Positions 20,151 through 29,921 of a DNA stretch of 58,781 nucleotides are shown here, piece after piece. The DNA comes from a bacterium. GTDB lineage: Bacteria; Margulisbacteria; Marinamargulisbacteria; SXXA01. A model generated the notes under the pieces. It had not been told where the DNA came from. It worked only from the letters and a program-made list of their open reading frames with translations, and searched no databases. The position numbers were made by a program, and so were the translations under genes. The DNA lies in assembly GCA_010028705.1 (NCBI GenBank), contig RHAI01000004.1, forward strand, positions 1-58,781, given 5' to 3'. Numbering within the stretch: position 1 is the first letter of the stretch; each line of letters begins with the position of its first letter.

Positions 20151-21498
20151 AACCTCCGCGATTCGGTACTCGTGTTCGAATTGCGGAGCGGTTTATTTTC
20201 GATGGGCGGGGCAATGTTCCGAGTGCGGAGAGTGGAATTCCCTTTGTGAGGGGGAGTTTGCCGGTGACCACAAGAAAAAACACTCAAATAATTCTGCGAT
20301 ACCGATAAGTGAGGTCACCCTGAAGGAGGATGTCATATTACCGACCGGTATCGATGAATTCGATCGTGTGCTTGGGCGAGGACTTGTGTTAGGGGCGGCC
20401 ATCCTATTAGGTGGTGAGCCAGGAATTGGGAAATCGACAATTGCGTTACAAGTTGCGGCTCAAATAGCCAGGACCCACCGTGTTTTATACGTAACGGGCG
20501 AAGAGTCACTGAGTCAGGTGCGATTGCGCTCCGACCGGCTGGATGCGGTAAGTGAAAATTTGTACGTTATTGCCGAAACTGACATGGAGTCAATCTTGGC
20601 TGTTATTGATCGATTACTACCAGTTCTAGTGATCCTTGATTCGATCCAAGTGGTGTCTCATCCCGCTATTCCGTCAGTTTCAGGCACGGTTAATCAGGTC
20701 CGCTATTGCGCGTCGGAACTAGTTAAAAAATTAAAGATGGTTGGCTGTGCTGGTATTATTGTTGGGCATATAACCAAAGATGGTTCCCTTGCAGGTCCCA
20801 AAGTGTTAGAACATTTGGTCGACGTAATTCTATATTTTGAGGGGGAAAACGGGTTTCAATACAGACTACTTCGTTCGTTTAAAAACAGATATTCTAGCAC
20901 CAATGAGATTGGTGTGTTTTCTATGGAAGAGAAAGGGCTTCAAGAAATCGCTAATCCGTCTGGACTATTTGTTGATCAAACGACACTCAATAACCCCGGC
21001 TCCATGGTGGTTCCGGTGGCGGAGGGTAGCCGCGTGTTTTTGGTGGAAGTCCAAGCGTTGGTTGTCGAGACAGGGTATGGCATGGGCCGGCGAACTATTT
21101 TGGGCGTCGACCCTAACAGAGGGAATCTGTTGATCGCTGCGGTTGAAAAAATTGTGGGGTTAAAGCTGTCATCAAAAGATATAATATTAAATATCGTTGG
21201 AGGGTATAAAACAGCTGAGCCGGCACTAGATCTAGGGGTAGTAATGGCAATATTTTCGTCAGGGCACGACCTGCCGATTAAACGGCGAATTGCGGTGTTA
21301 GGTGAGGTCGGGTTGACCGGTGAAATACGCTCGGTTCCCCAAATCGATCGCCGACTTGGAGAATTAGAGAAACTCGGTTTTGAGGCTTGTTTTGTACCTA
21401 AACGCAATCCTTTAGATGAGACGTTTGGAAAAGTTAAGCTAATTCGGGTAGAATCTCTGCAAGAATCCCTTCGGCGTTTAAGTGAAATCAACTCATGA
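20143..21498 (+). CDS. radA: DNA repair protein RadA/Sms (GTG start overlapping the clpC stop)
   Basis: It has an N-terminal C4 zinc finger (CSNCGAVYFRWAGQCSECGEWN), a RecA-like Walker A (GGEPGIGKST), a KNRF motif and a Lon-like C-terminus. Confidence 0.9.
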   Translation: MAKTSAIRYSCSNCGAVYFRWAGQCSECGEWNSLCEGEFAGDHKKKHSNNSAIPISEVTLKEDVILPTGIDEFDRVLGRGLVLGAAILLGGEPGIGKSTIALQVAAQIARTHRVLYVTGEESLSQVRLRSDRLDAVSENLYVIAETDMESILAVIDRLLPVLVILDSIQVVSHPAIPSVSGTVNQVRYCASELVKKLKMVGCAGIIVGHITKDGSLAGPKVLEHLVDVILYFEGENGFQYRLLRSFKNRYSSTNEIGVFSMEEKGLQEIANPSGLFVDQTTLNNPGSMVVPVAEGSRVFLVEVQALVVETGYGMGRRTILGVDPNRGNLLIAAVEKIVGLKLSSKDIILNIVGGYKTAEPALDLGVVMAIFSSGHDLPIKRRIAVLGEVGLTGEIRSVPQIDRRLGELEKLGFEACFVPKRNPLDETFGKVKLIRVESLQESLRRLSEINS

Positions 21499-22451
21499 AA
21501 GAACTAGATCAGCGTTTAAATCAGATCGTAAAATTATTCCGGGCTGAAGAAACTCGGTGGGATGCCATTTTAGAACTAAAGTTATTAAATGACTCTAATC
21601 TTGTGGCTCAAATGGTTCGGTTGTTAGATGATAAGGATTGGGTGGTTCGCTGGGCGATCGCGGAAAAACTGGGCGAGATGAAAATAGCGACAGCAATTCC
21701 CGCGTTAACCCGACTCCTTAAAGATCGTGACTTCCACGTTCGGAAAAACGCTGTCAAAGCATTGGTAAAATTTGGTCCAGAAGTGACATCATATCTAGTG
21801 ACACAATTTTCCCATCCCCATTTCAGTGTTAGGCGGCATATTTCTCTCATAATATCTCATTTTGGTGAACGTGCCGTCCCATATATGATAAAAGATTTTG
21901 CACTGAGGGATTGGGTATCTGCTAATCGTATCGTCTATGCCATTAATGATATTGGTGGCGATAGGGAGTCGGTGTTTCTCGAATTGTTAGGGAATCCAGA
22001 TGTTCAAAAGCCACTTATCATTCTTCTCGGCCAGTTAAAAATTATTCGATCGGCGCCTTATTTGATTCGGTTATTCAAAAATCCGTATTTGCGGCGATGC
22101 ATCGTGGATGCCCTTCATGACATCGGTGAAAAACAATCCTACCCAGTAATTGTAACCGCCTTGAGAAAGGGCAGCCCGTCGATCCGATCTCTGGCGGAAG
22201 AAGTCGCACTCAAAATTGGCGATCCCATGCTCCCGTATCTTGTTAAAGGAATGTTGGATCCGGAGGCTCCTGTTAAACGATTAATTCATATTATTGAAGA
22301 AATCGGCCCTGATAGCATTATGCCTACGGTTCATCGCTTGGCGTTAAGAAATAGTGCCTTTAAATCGATTGCAAGCGAGTTGATAGCTAAGTATCCGGGG
22401 CACGATCACGAAAAGCGTGGGGGCTTATTAAACCTCTTGGGAATTGATTAA
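21495..22451 (+). CDS. HEAT-repeat (PBS-lyase-like) domain protein
   Basis: It contains repeated 'DxDxxVRxxAxxALxxIG' HEAT-like units. The start overlaps the radA stop (ATGA). Confidence 0.6.
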   Translation: MKELDQRLNQIVKLFRAEETRWDAILELKLLNDSNLVAQMVRLLDDKDWVVRWAIAEKLGEMKIATAIPALTRLLKDRDFHVRKNAVKALVKFGPEVTSYLVTQFSHPHFSVRRHISLIISHFGERAVPYMIKDFALRDWVSANRIVYAINDIGGDRESVFLELLGNPDVQKPLIILLGQLKIIRSAPYLIRLFKNPYLRRCIVDALHDIGEKQSYPVIVTALRKGSPSIRSLAEEVALKIGDPMLPYLVKGMLDPEAPVKRLIHIIEEIGPDSIMPTVHRLALRNSAFKSIASELIAKYPGHDHEKRGGLLNLLGID

Positions 22452-22759
22452 GTGGAATTAGCCCGACGTCGCCGATAGTCCGACTTATAGTTCGCCGAGC
22501 CGTCCTCGAATACTGTCTGGTATTCTCCGGTTGTCGCGTTCACTTCGCCTCGCTCTTAACGCCATCAATCCGATCCGATGCGCAGGCATATTCAAGAAAG
22601 TGTCGTGAAGTCGTGAGCTCAGGTTTGATAACAATAGGGAAATGCTAGACATTTGGAGTGAATATCCGGAGGCGGATCGGCGCACCATTGAGGATTTGAA
22701 CTAGAAATAACATCGCCGTTTGGTGTTTGGCAGTGAGGCTGGTTCTTCGTTAGCAATTT

Positions 22760-23326
22760 CTAAATACTGTCGATAATATCTGAATTTAGTGTAATGCAGA
22801 CGGTCACTTCGTATGTATTCGGCGTGTCGATCTTGGGTAATATTTTTGTGTTTACTGCGGCCTCGTAATCGTTGATTATTGATAATAGCCCAATTCCAGA
22901 TGTTGAATTTGGATTGGTTGCGACTTCTTCCAGACGGGACTGAAACAGTTGGATGGGATCGAAGTTGATAAGGTCACTTGAAAATGAATTCAGCTCGTCC
23001 GCATATTTCTTTTTGGTAGAATTTACCGTTTTAAGTAGGATGGTTTTATAGTATCGTTCGAGCGAAAGGGATACCGATTTGTTAGGACTGGTTGAAAATT
23101 TAATTGCATTTTCTAATAATTCATTTGTAACCGTTGATAATGCCGAAAATGCTTTTTCTGGATGTTTAAAATTGAAAACGTGGTAATTGGCTAAAAAATC
23201 GGCGATATGTCCGCAACGGCGCCATTGAGACACCAGGTCGAGTGATAAAATGTAATGGATACTGAAATTTGCTCCCCAGCTTGATAGTGAGTGGGTCGTA
23301 TTTTGGGAGAGGGTACTGATTGCCAT
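22760..23326 (-). CDS. GHKL-type anti-sigma-factor-like kinase (SiaB/RsbW-like)
   Basis: 188 aa. It has the N-box ELLENAIKFS and the G-box SGIGLL of the HATPase fold. It is paired with an STAS-like protein. Confidence 0.55.
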   Translation of the reverse strand: MAISTLSQNTTHSLSSWGANFSIHYILSLDLVSQWRRCGHIADFLANYHVFNFKHPEKAFSALSTVTNELLENAIKFSTSPNKSVSLSLERYYKTILLKTVNSTKKKYADELNSFSSDLINFDPIQLFQSRLEEVATNPNSTSGIGLLSIINDYEAAVNTKILPKIDTPNTYEVTVCITLNSDIIDSI

Positions 23327-23336
23327 ATCAATGGTG

Positions 23337-23663
23337 TTACGAAAGCGACACGCACAGCTGAGGCCACAGGCGATTCAGCGATACTAAGCTTTTTTTCTGC
23401 CATGGGACCTCATGATTACCGATGATACTCATCTCAACCTCGAAGGTTCGGGCGGTAATAATCAGTCGAGCCAAGGCGGTGATTCCCGAGCTGTTTAGAA
23501 ATGTGACGTCTTTTATATCAAGGGTAATGGATTCTCCTGATGACAACTTATCACGTATGGGACTGAATAATTCATCGTAAATATTGGGGGATTCTAACCG
23601 AAACACACCCCTTAATATGATCAATTGGTCACTTATCTCTATCTTGTAATCAGGATTACCCAT
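23337..23663 (-). CDS. STAS-like / DUF1987 (SiaC-like) anti-sigma-antagonist-type protein
   Basis: 108 aa. The DIKDVTFLNSSGITALARLI motif resembles the DUF1987 FNTSS motif. It lies directly upstream of the GHKL kinase. Confidence 0.5.
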   Translation of the reverse strand: MGNPDYKIEISDQLIILRGVFRLESPNIYDELFSPIRDKLSSGESITLDIKDVTFLNSSGITALARLIITARTFEVEMSIIGNHEVPWQKKSLVSLNRLWPQLCVSLS

Positions 23664-23712
23664 CGCTCGTCCACCTTAAGTAATTGTAAAATCCCACGAC
23701 CATTAAGTCCTG

Positions 23713-25800
23713 CTAATGGCGCCAATCATTAAGAATTCGAACGGCTTCTGCTATGTAGATATCTTTTGGTATTTGAGTCAGCCATTCTTTGTAGTCCGCA
23801 CTGCGCTCTGGCTCTGTCGCGTGTAGCCACTTTTCGTCTGACGGCATCGTCGTGATATCGGGGGTCGTGATTTTAATTGTATCGAGCTCATCTGTTTCTG
23901 ATTTTGAGTCTTTTTGGAATTGGGATGCCTTTAGTAAATTAAGGGGATACGCGGATGTTTTCCGCCGGTTTTTTAATTTGTTTGTTAGTGTTGCGATTGC
24001 CTGGAAGTGCGAGTCTGACGCGATCCGCTTTCGTGCGTTTTTCAAAACCTCATTCGGTATTGTAGGGCCTTCTGGAACAATTGGCGTTGGACTTGTAGTT
24101 GTCCATGACAGAGGATAGTCTTGGTTTTTTTCGCCAACATCGAGGTAGTCATTGATTTCTGGAACTTCAATATCGGGTTCGACTCCTTTAAACTGCGTTG
24201 ATGCTCCCGTAACCCGGAAATATTTCTGATTTGTTACTTTGAGTGAGCCACCACCCTGGGATTTTCCAGACGAAAGGGTCGAAACTGGTACATCCAAATT
24301 AACCACAGTTTGCACTGTTCCTTTGCCATAGGTGTGGGCACTGCCAATAACGATGGCGCGTTTATAATCTTGTAGCGCCGCAGTAACAATCTCTGCGGCC
24401 GATGCACTAAATGTATTAACGAGGATTATTAACTTGCCTTTGAACGTTACTGATGGGTCATGATCTTCGTTAATGTAGCCGTTATTATTACGATCTCTAA
24501 CCTGGACGACGGGCCCATGTTTAATAAATAGACCGGATACTTTGACTGCATCGTCTAATGCACCTCCGCCATTGTTGCGAAGGTCTAAGATGACTTCATT
24601 GGCACCTGAGCTAATGATTTTTTTAAGTTCATTTCTTAAGTCATCTGACGCGTTGTGTGCCTTTGCATTCGAGAAATCCCGGTAGAAACTGGGTAGGACA
24701 ATATATCCTATTTTTGATCCGTCTTTGTCCACGATGATGGCGGATTTGGCGTAGGACTCTTCTAGGATCACAATGTCTCGTACGATGGTAATCAGAACAA
24801 TTTTTCCTTCGGGTTTTTTGACAGTGAGTGTAACGCGACTGCCCTTAGGGCCGCGAATTAATTTGACGGCATCTTGTACCCTCATGCCGACAATATCCAC
24901 TGGCTCTTCCCCGGCTTGGGCGACTTTGACAATGTTATCTTGCGCTTTGAGTTCTTTTTGCTTCCACGCCGGACCGCCGGGGACGATCCGATTGACTTTG
25001 ATATACCCGTCCGACTCTTCTAAAATCGCGCCTATCCCTTCGAGCGATCCTTTGATATTGATATCAAAGTCATCTTTTTGTTGGGGGGCGAGATACTGTG
25101 TATGCGGATCATTGGCCATTGCAATACAGTTAATGAAGGCATCGATTCGGTCGGAATCCGTTTCTTTTGCGAGACGGTCAAAGTACGAGCGCAGGTTTTT
25201 TTCGACCTTTGATCGCGCTGCTTTTTCAAATGTCGGGCTGAGTGATTTCAGCGCGGCTTTGGATTCGTTGGATGTGCTGCTTTCTGCATCTGCAAGATAT
25301 GTTGTCAGAATTTGATATTTAATAAACCGCCGCCAATCGTCATCGAAACTTTTTGTGTCTTTGTAATAACTGCGTCGGTCTGGATCGGTTTCGAAGGTCT
25401 CGTTTGAATCAAAGGGTTGTGATATTGAAATTTCACTTTGAAATAGTCGATTCGCTTCCGATATTCTGGCTTTTAACAATCTGTTTGCTAAGGCGACAAA
25501 CTCTAAATTTCCATGCTTCGCATCGTCATCTAGACGAGTTTTGTATTTTTCGAGTTGATCAATATCTGCCTGTGTTAGAAATCGTTTTCCTGGATCGATT
25601 CGCTTTAAAAATAAGTGATATACCCGCTCCGAAAATTGGTCGTCCATCGGTATTGGGGAGTAATGGTATTTTTCGATTAGCTTAACGACTGAGCTCATCG
25701 AGTCTTTGGGCGTGGAATCCGAACCTGCGAATAAGAATAAAGCGACAACGAACAGAGACATCAGACCGAACCATGGAAGAGAGCGAGACGTTGACTTCAT
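23713..25800 (-). CDS. prc: Tail-specific (C-terminal processing) protease, S41 family (Prc-like), with a signal peptide
   Basis: 695 aa. It has an N-terminal signal/TM, a PDZ domain (LEGIGAILEESDGYIKVNRIVPGGPA) and an S41 core (FSASAAEIVTAALQDYKRAIVIGSAHTYGKG). Confidence 0.85.
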   Translation of the reverse strand: MKSTSRSLPWFGLMSLFVVALFLFAGSDSTPKDSMSSVVKLIEKYHYSPIPMDDQFSERVYHLFLKRIDPGKRFLTQADIDQLEKYKTRLDDDAKHGNLEFVALANRLLKARISEANRLFQSEISISQPFDSNETFETDPDRRSYYKDTKSFDDDWRRFIKYQILTTYLADAESSTSNESKAALKSLSPTFEKAARSKVEKNLRSYFDRLAKETDSDRIDAFINCIAMANDPHTQYLAPQQKDDFDINIKGSLEGIGAILEESDGYIKVNRIVPGGPAWKQKELKAQDNIVKVAQAGEEPVDIVGMRVQDAVKLIRGPKGSRVTLTVKKPEGKIVLITIVRDIVILEESYAKSAIIVDKDGSKIGYIVLPSFYRDFSNAKAHNASDDLRNELKKIISSGANEVILDLRNNGGGALDDAVKVSGLFIKHGPVVQVRDRNNNGYINEDHDPSVTFKGKLIILVNTFSASAAEIVTAALQDYKRAIVIGSAHTYGKGTVQTVVNLDVPVSTLSSGKSQGGGSLKVTNQKYFRVTGASTQFKGVEPDIEVPEINDYLDVGEKNQDYPLSWTTTSPTPIVPEGPTIPNEVLKNARKRIASDSHFQAIATLTNKLKNRRKTSAYPLNLLKASQFQKDSKSETDELDTIKITTPDITTMPSDEKWLHATEPERSADYKEWLTQIPKDIYIAEAVRILNDWRH

Positions 25801-25851
25801 TTTAGGATGGTAGCATATTTCTAGGTTGTTTGAAGCCCCGATATTCCTGTG

Positions 25852-26547
25852 CTAGGTGAGATCAAACATGAGTAACTTTGAATCTGAGATCGCCTTGACT
25901 TCGAACGATTCATTCGAAATCATCAGGGCATCGCCTGTTGAAATGAGCACCCCATTCACGACGACAGTTCCATGGATCAGATGGATAAATGAATGATGTC
26001 TTGCTCTCAATTCGTAACCGGCACTACTTCCTTCGGTTAATTCAAGTCCATAAAGTTCAACATCTTGATCAATCGTTAGACTGCCTGATTTGCCGTCGGG
26101 CGACACAAAACAAGTCCAGGTGTTAGGGAGTATGTTTTTCGAAAAATTCGCCTGCCGATATCCAGGTTGAGTGTTTTGATGTTTTGGAAATATCCAGATC
26201 TGCATTAAGTGAAGTGGTTGTGTAGACGAGGGGTTATATTCGCTGTGAGTGATTCCAGCTCCGGCACTCATGACCTGTATTTCGCCAGGTATGATTCGTT
26301 CCGTATTCCCCATGCTATCTTTATGTTCAAGCTCACCCTCCAGCACGACAGTAATAATTTCCATGTTATCGTGACCATGCTCTGGAAAACCGTTGCCAGG
26401 AGCGATAACATCCTCGTTTAATACCCTCAATGTCCTGAAGTGGATATGATTGGGGTCATAGTATCCAGCGAAGGAAAAGGTATGGAATGATTTGAGCCAT
26501 CCATGGTCTGCGTAGCCTCTCTCTGCACTTTTCCGATGTGAAATCAT
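25852..26547 (-). CDS. Pirin family protein (cupin)
   Basis: GFPEHGHDNMEIITVVLEGELEHKDSMGN matches the pirin metal-binding motif. Confidence 0.8.
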   Translation of the reverse strand: MISHRKSAERGYADHGWLKSFHTFSFAGYYDPNHIHFRTLRVLNEDVIAPGNGFPEHGHDNMEIITVVLEGELEHKDSMGNTERIIPGEIQVMSAGAGITHSEYNPSSTQPLHLMQIWIFPKHQNTQPGYRQANFSKNILPNTWTCFVSPDGKSGSLTIDQDVELYGLELTEGSSAGYELRARHHSFIHLIHGTVVVNGVLISTGDALMISNESFEVKAISDSKLLMFDLT

Positions 26548-26628
26548 GAGGACTCCTTAGGTGGGTTGCGAATGTGGAAAACGTGATGTTTAGTTTTTTA
26601 ATAATACATTAAAAGGAGTTTAGATTCG

Positions 26629-27501
26629 ATGTTAAAAAATTGGGTACTAGCCGCTCGTTTAAGAACATTGCCGGCCGCTGTTGCGCCAGTTGTACTGGGG
26701 GCAATTATCGCGTACGCAGCCGGTAGATTTAATCTGTTGGCTACATTGTTGGCGATATCTGGGGCCTTGGCGATTCAAATTGGGACCAATTTCGCAAATG
26801 ATTATTTTGATTGGAGGAATGGAGCCGATACCGATCGGCGCCTGGGTCCGATTCGCGTGACCCAATCCGGATTGATTCCGCCACAACAGGTTCGCGCCGC
26901 GATGGTTGGGGCATTCGTGGTAGCGAGTGCATTTGGCATCGGACTTATCGTGCGAGGGGGATTTCCAGTTTTATTAATCGGGGTGGCGTCAATTGCAATG
27001 GGTATATTATATACGGGAGGCCCCAAACCGTTGGGATATATTGGGCTGGGAGATAGTGTGGCCTTTCTTTTTTTTGGGCCAATCGCAACGTCAGCGACAA
27101 CTTACGTTAATGCACTGTATTGGGATAAAAATTCGTGTGTATTAGGCATTGCGATGGGATTCATGACAGCGGCCATTTTGTCGGTAAATAATATGCGTGA
27201 TGTCGAGGAAGATCGCCTCACTGGAAAATGTACACTTGCTGTTCGCTTTGGCATTCAAACCGTTCGGGTGGAGTACGCACTATGTACCTTGGGAGCCTGC
27301 GGTATTAGTGGGGTCTGGTGTGTTGCGGCGGGCCGACCATGGGGAGGTCTTGTTGCGGGTATTGTTGGCGCGGCGAGTATACGGCTGATCCGAAAAATGT
27401 GGTCTCGCACCGGCCGCGAATTGGATCCATTATTAGGTCAAACGGCCCGATTGTTGTTAGCCTTGGCTATCGGGTTGTCCGCCGCATGGATTGTGGGATA
27501 A
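26629..27501 (+). CDS. menA: UbiA-family prenyltransferase, 1,4-dihydroxy-2-naphthoate prenyltransferase-like (MenA)
   Basis: 290 aa with multiple TM segments. The NFANDYFDWRNGADTD aspartate-rich motif is present. An AAAGGAG RBS lies upstream. Confidence 0.75.
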   Translation: MLKNWVLAARLRTLPAAVAPVVLGAIIAYAAGRFNLLATLLAISGALAIQIGTNFANDYFDWRNGADTDRRLGPIRVTQSGLIPPQQVRAAMVGAFVVASAFGIGLIVRGGFPVLLIGVASIAMGILYTGGPKPLGYIGLGDSVAFLFFGPIATSATTYVNALYWDKNSCVLGIAMGFMTAAILSVNNMRDVEEDRLTGKCTLAVRFGIQTVRVEYALCTLGACGISGVWCVAAGRPWGGLVAGIVGAASIRLIRKMWSRTGRELDPLLGQTARLLLALAIGLSAAWIVG

Positions 27502-27536
27502 AAAAAGACCCAGCACGGGGTGCTGGGTCTTCGTTT
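27500..27536. terminator. Bidirectional intrinsic terminator between the convergent menA and PPIase genes
   Basis: The sequence is A-run (27500-27506), 10-bp perfect stem GACCCAGCAC/GTGCTGGGTC (27507-27529, GGG loop), then TTCGTTT. Confidence 0.8.
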
Positions 27537-27558
27537 AATTTCAGCTCTTGGCGAAGCC

Positions 27559-28401
27559 TTAGATTTGAGACTCTTCCTTCTTAATCTTCGACGTCTTTTT
27601 AAGCGTTTCGATATTTTCTGCCAAGGTTTTACGGTTCTTTTCAGCTAGCAACCCTTCTCGGATCTGTTCTTTAACGGTATTGAACTCGATTTGAGGGCGC
27701 ACCCGAATATCTTCGACTTTGACAATGTGATAACCGAACTGAGATTTAATTGGGCCCGAGATGTCTCCCTTTTTGAGAGTGAATGCTATCGCATCAATTT
27801 CTGGAAGCATTTGACCTTTCGAAAATACTCCCAAATTTCCACCGTTGGCAACCGCGGATGGATCAAGCGATTTTTCTCGCGCTAAACTTGAGAAAACACC
27901 ACCGGATTTTAGTTGCGAATTAATACTAACGGCATCGGATTCGTTGGCTAATAAAATATGAGACACGGCGCGAAATTCAGTAGGGCCATATTGGGCGGCA
28001 TTTGCATCAAAATATGCTTTGGCTTCGTCGTCCGACACTGTATTTGCCTTAATCAATTGACGAACGTAAGTCGAAAGCGCTAATTGATTCTGGGCCAGCT
28101 GGAGATCTTTTTTGTATTCCGGAGTTCTTTCGATGCCTTTCTTCTGGGCCGCGTTTAGGATTAATTTCTCGTTAATCATGTCGTCAAGAAGTTTTGAACG
28201 AACTTCCTTCGTTTTTAATGCTTCGGCATATTGCGCGGGGGCTGCGTCAATTCTTGCTTGGAGCTCTTGCGAAGAAATGGTCACTCCATCAACTGTAGCG
28301 AGGATGTTTTTATTGGCGGTCGCTGCGGTAAGTGTCACCGAAGTGGAAGCCACCAATAGAGCAGAAACAAATAAAGTACTGCGAGACGTTAACGTTTTCA
28401 T
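27559..28401 (-). CDS. Peptidyl-prolyl cis-trans isomerase, parvulin/SurA-PrsA-like, with a signal peptide
   Basis: 280 aa. It has an N-terminal signal and the parvulin domain FRAVSHILL...GGNLGVFSKGQMLPEIDAIAFTLKKGDISGPIKSQFGYHIVKV. Confidence 0.8.
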   Translation of the reverse strand: MKTLTSRSTLFVSALLVASTSVTLTAATANKNILATVDGVTISSQELQARIDAAPAQYAEALKTKEVRSKLLDDMINEKLILNAAQKKGIERTPEYKKDLQLAQNQLALSTYVRQLIKANTVSDDEAKAYFDANAAQYGPTEFRAVSHILLANESDAVSINSQLKSGGVFSSLAREKSLDPSAVANGGNLGVFSKGQMLPEIDAIAFTLKKGDISGPIKSQFGYHIVKVEDIRVRPQIEFNTVKEQIREGLLAEKNRKTLAENIETLKKTSKIKKEESQI

Positions 28402-28588
28402 TGAGCAGATCCTTTCTGGATTGTGATATTAACTCTGCCGCCGGAAGCAACGGATCGAGTAAAATCGGTTCGTAGGATACAAAATATAGCACTTAAACGC
28501 AATTTGTTGATTTTGGGGATGTCCAGATATCCAATGAGTTAAAAGTTATAAGTAGCAGATTGCTATCAGGTTTGGTACATATAGTGCT

Positions 28589-29899
28589 GTGAAGTTAAAC
28601 ATTCTGGGTGGAGTATTGCTGACTGTGGTTACGATGCAAGGCAGCGTGGCGTATGCTGAAATCCCATCTGAAAATATACCGCAAACATGTTCGATTTTCG
28701 CCAGCAAAGACGCTCAGATGCTACCTGATAAAGTTCAAACATTTCAGTTCGAGCAGTTTAATCGCAGGCTGTTCAGCCCATGGGATCGCACAACACCCCG
28801 CTTGCGCCCTGGAATTAGCTATTTTATTGATGCGTTCCGATACGGCACCTACTACGGTGAAAATAAGCAGCCGATCACCCCGGCGACGATACAGGCAATA
28901 ATCGACCAAATGGATGGGGCGCATTTTCCTTGTGTTGTCCAACGGGCGATTACTATTCGCGTAACCGCATTGAGGGTAGTTCCTACGTTTCGTCCGTTTT
29001 ATCTGTCATTTGAAAAAGCCGGTGAGGGTTTTCCGTTCGATTACGCCCAGGAGTCAGGTCTAGATGCTAATGTGCCTGTTGCTGTTATCCACTATACGAA
29101 GGACAAGTCCTGGGCTCTAGTTGAAACGGGCGAACTAACAGGCTGGGTGCCGTGTCAGGATTTGGCCCGGGTCAGTCGTACCCAGGCTCGGATTTACAAG
29201 TCGAAAAAATTGGGGGTTGTGGTACGCGACAATGTTCCCCTACACGATCGCCACGGGAATTACACGGGGGTGTTGAAGATAGGAATGGTATTGCCGACTG
29301 ATTTTACTGGCAAGCATCCGGTTGTGTTGATTGCCAAACGGCAGGACAATGGGGCCGCATTTTTTGAGTGGATTGGGTGTTCCGCCAATTCAGTTGTGCC
29401 TCAGCCATTGCCATTGTCATCTCGAAATTTGGCAATGATTGCCGATCGAATGATGGGGCAAAATTACGGTTGGGGAGATTTATTTGGCGATCGAGATTGC
29501 GCATCCCTAGTTCAGGATTTGTACGTGCCGTTTGGGATATGGTTGCCTCGGAATGGAAATGATCAGGGTCAATTTGGGGGGACATATTTTTCACTTAAAG
29601 ATTTAGGTTCTGATCAAAAAGAGCAATTTATACTCGCTAATGGAATACCATTTGGAACCTTACTCTGGTTGAAAGGCCATATCATGGTCTACGCGGGGAA
29701 ATACAATGGGCGTGCTCTCGTCTTCCATAATATCTGGGGGATACGGACAAAACTGGACGGCAAAGAGGGGAGATTTGTCATTGGCAAGGCTGTGCTCACC
29801 ACCTTAACTCCAAGTCGAGTGGTTCCTAATGCTGACCCCAGCGGAGATTTGTTATCCCGAGTGGAAAGCATGACGGTATTGGTGCCGAAGTTTTATTAG
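28589..29899 (+). CDS. NlpC/P60 (C40) peptidase with N-terminal SH3-like domains and a signal peptide
   Basis: 436 aa. The catalytic region reads NYGWGDLFGDRDCASLVQDLYVPFGIWLPRNGNDQ...GHIMVY. Confidence 0.75.
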   Translation: MKLNILGGVLLTVVTMQGSVAYAEIPSENIPQTCSIFASKDAQMLPDKVQTFQFEQFNRRLFSPWDRTTPRLRPGISYFIDAFRYGTYYGENKQPITPATIQAIIDQMDGAHFPCVVQRAITIRVTALRVVPTFRPFYLSFEKAGEGFPFDYAQESGLDANVPVAVIHYTKDKSWALVETGELTGWVPCQDLARVSRTQARIYKSKKLGVVVRDNVPLHDRHGNYTGVLKIGMVLPTDFTGKHPVVLIAKRQDNGAAFFEWIGCSANSVVPQPLPLSSRNLAMIADRMMGQNYGWGDLFGDRDCASLVQDLYVPFGIWLPRNGNDQGQFGGTYFSLKDLGSDQKEQFILANGIPFGTLLWLKGHIMVYAGKYNGRALVFHNIWGIRTKLDGKEGRFVIGKAVLTTLTPSRVVPNADPSGDLLSRVESMTVLVPKFY

Positions 29900-29921
29900 C
29901 GTCGGGTAGGCTCCCGGCTGA

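Noticed and set aside
22485-22688. A 67-aa ORF in the convergent intergenic gap
   Set aside because: It has no RBS and an Arg/Ser-rich low-complexity translation, so it is likely spurious. The region is kept only as a possible sRNA locus.
23191-23403. A 70-aa ORF bridging the SiaB-like/SiaC-like junction
   Set aside because: It overlaps two better-supported genes in another frame.
24773-25315. A 180-aa plus-strand ORF inside prc
   Set aside because: It is antisense to a well-supported S41 protease gene.
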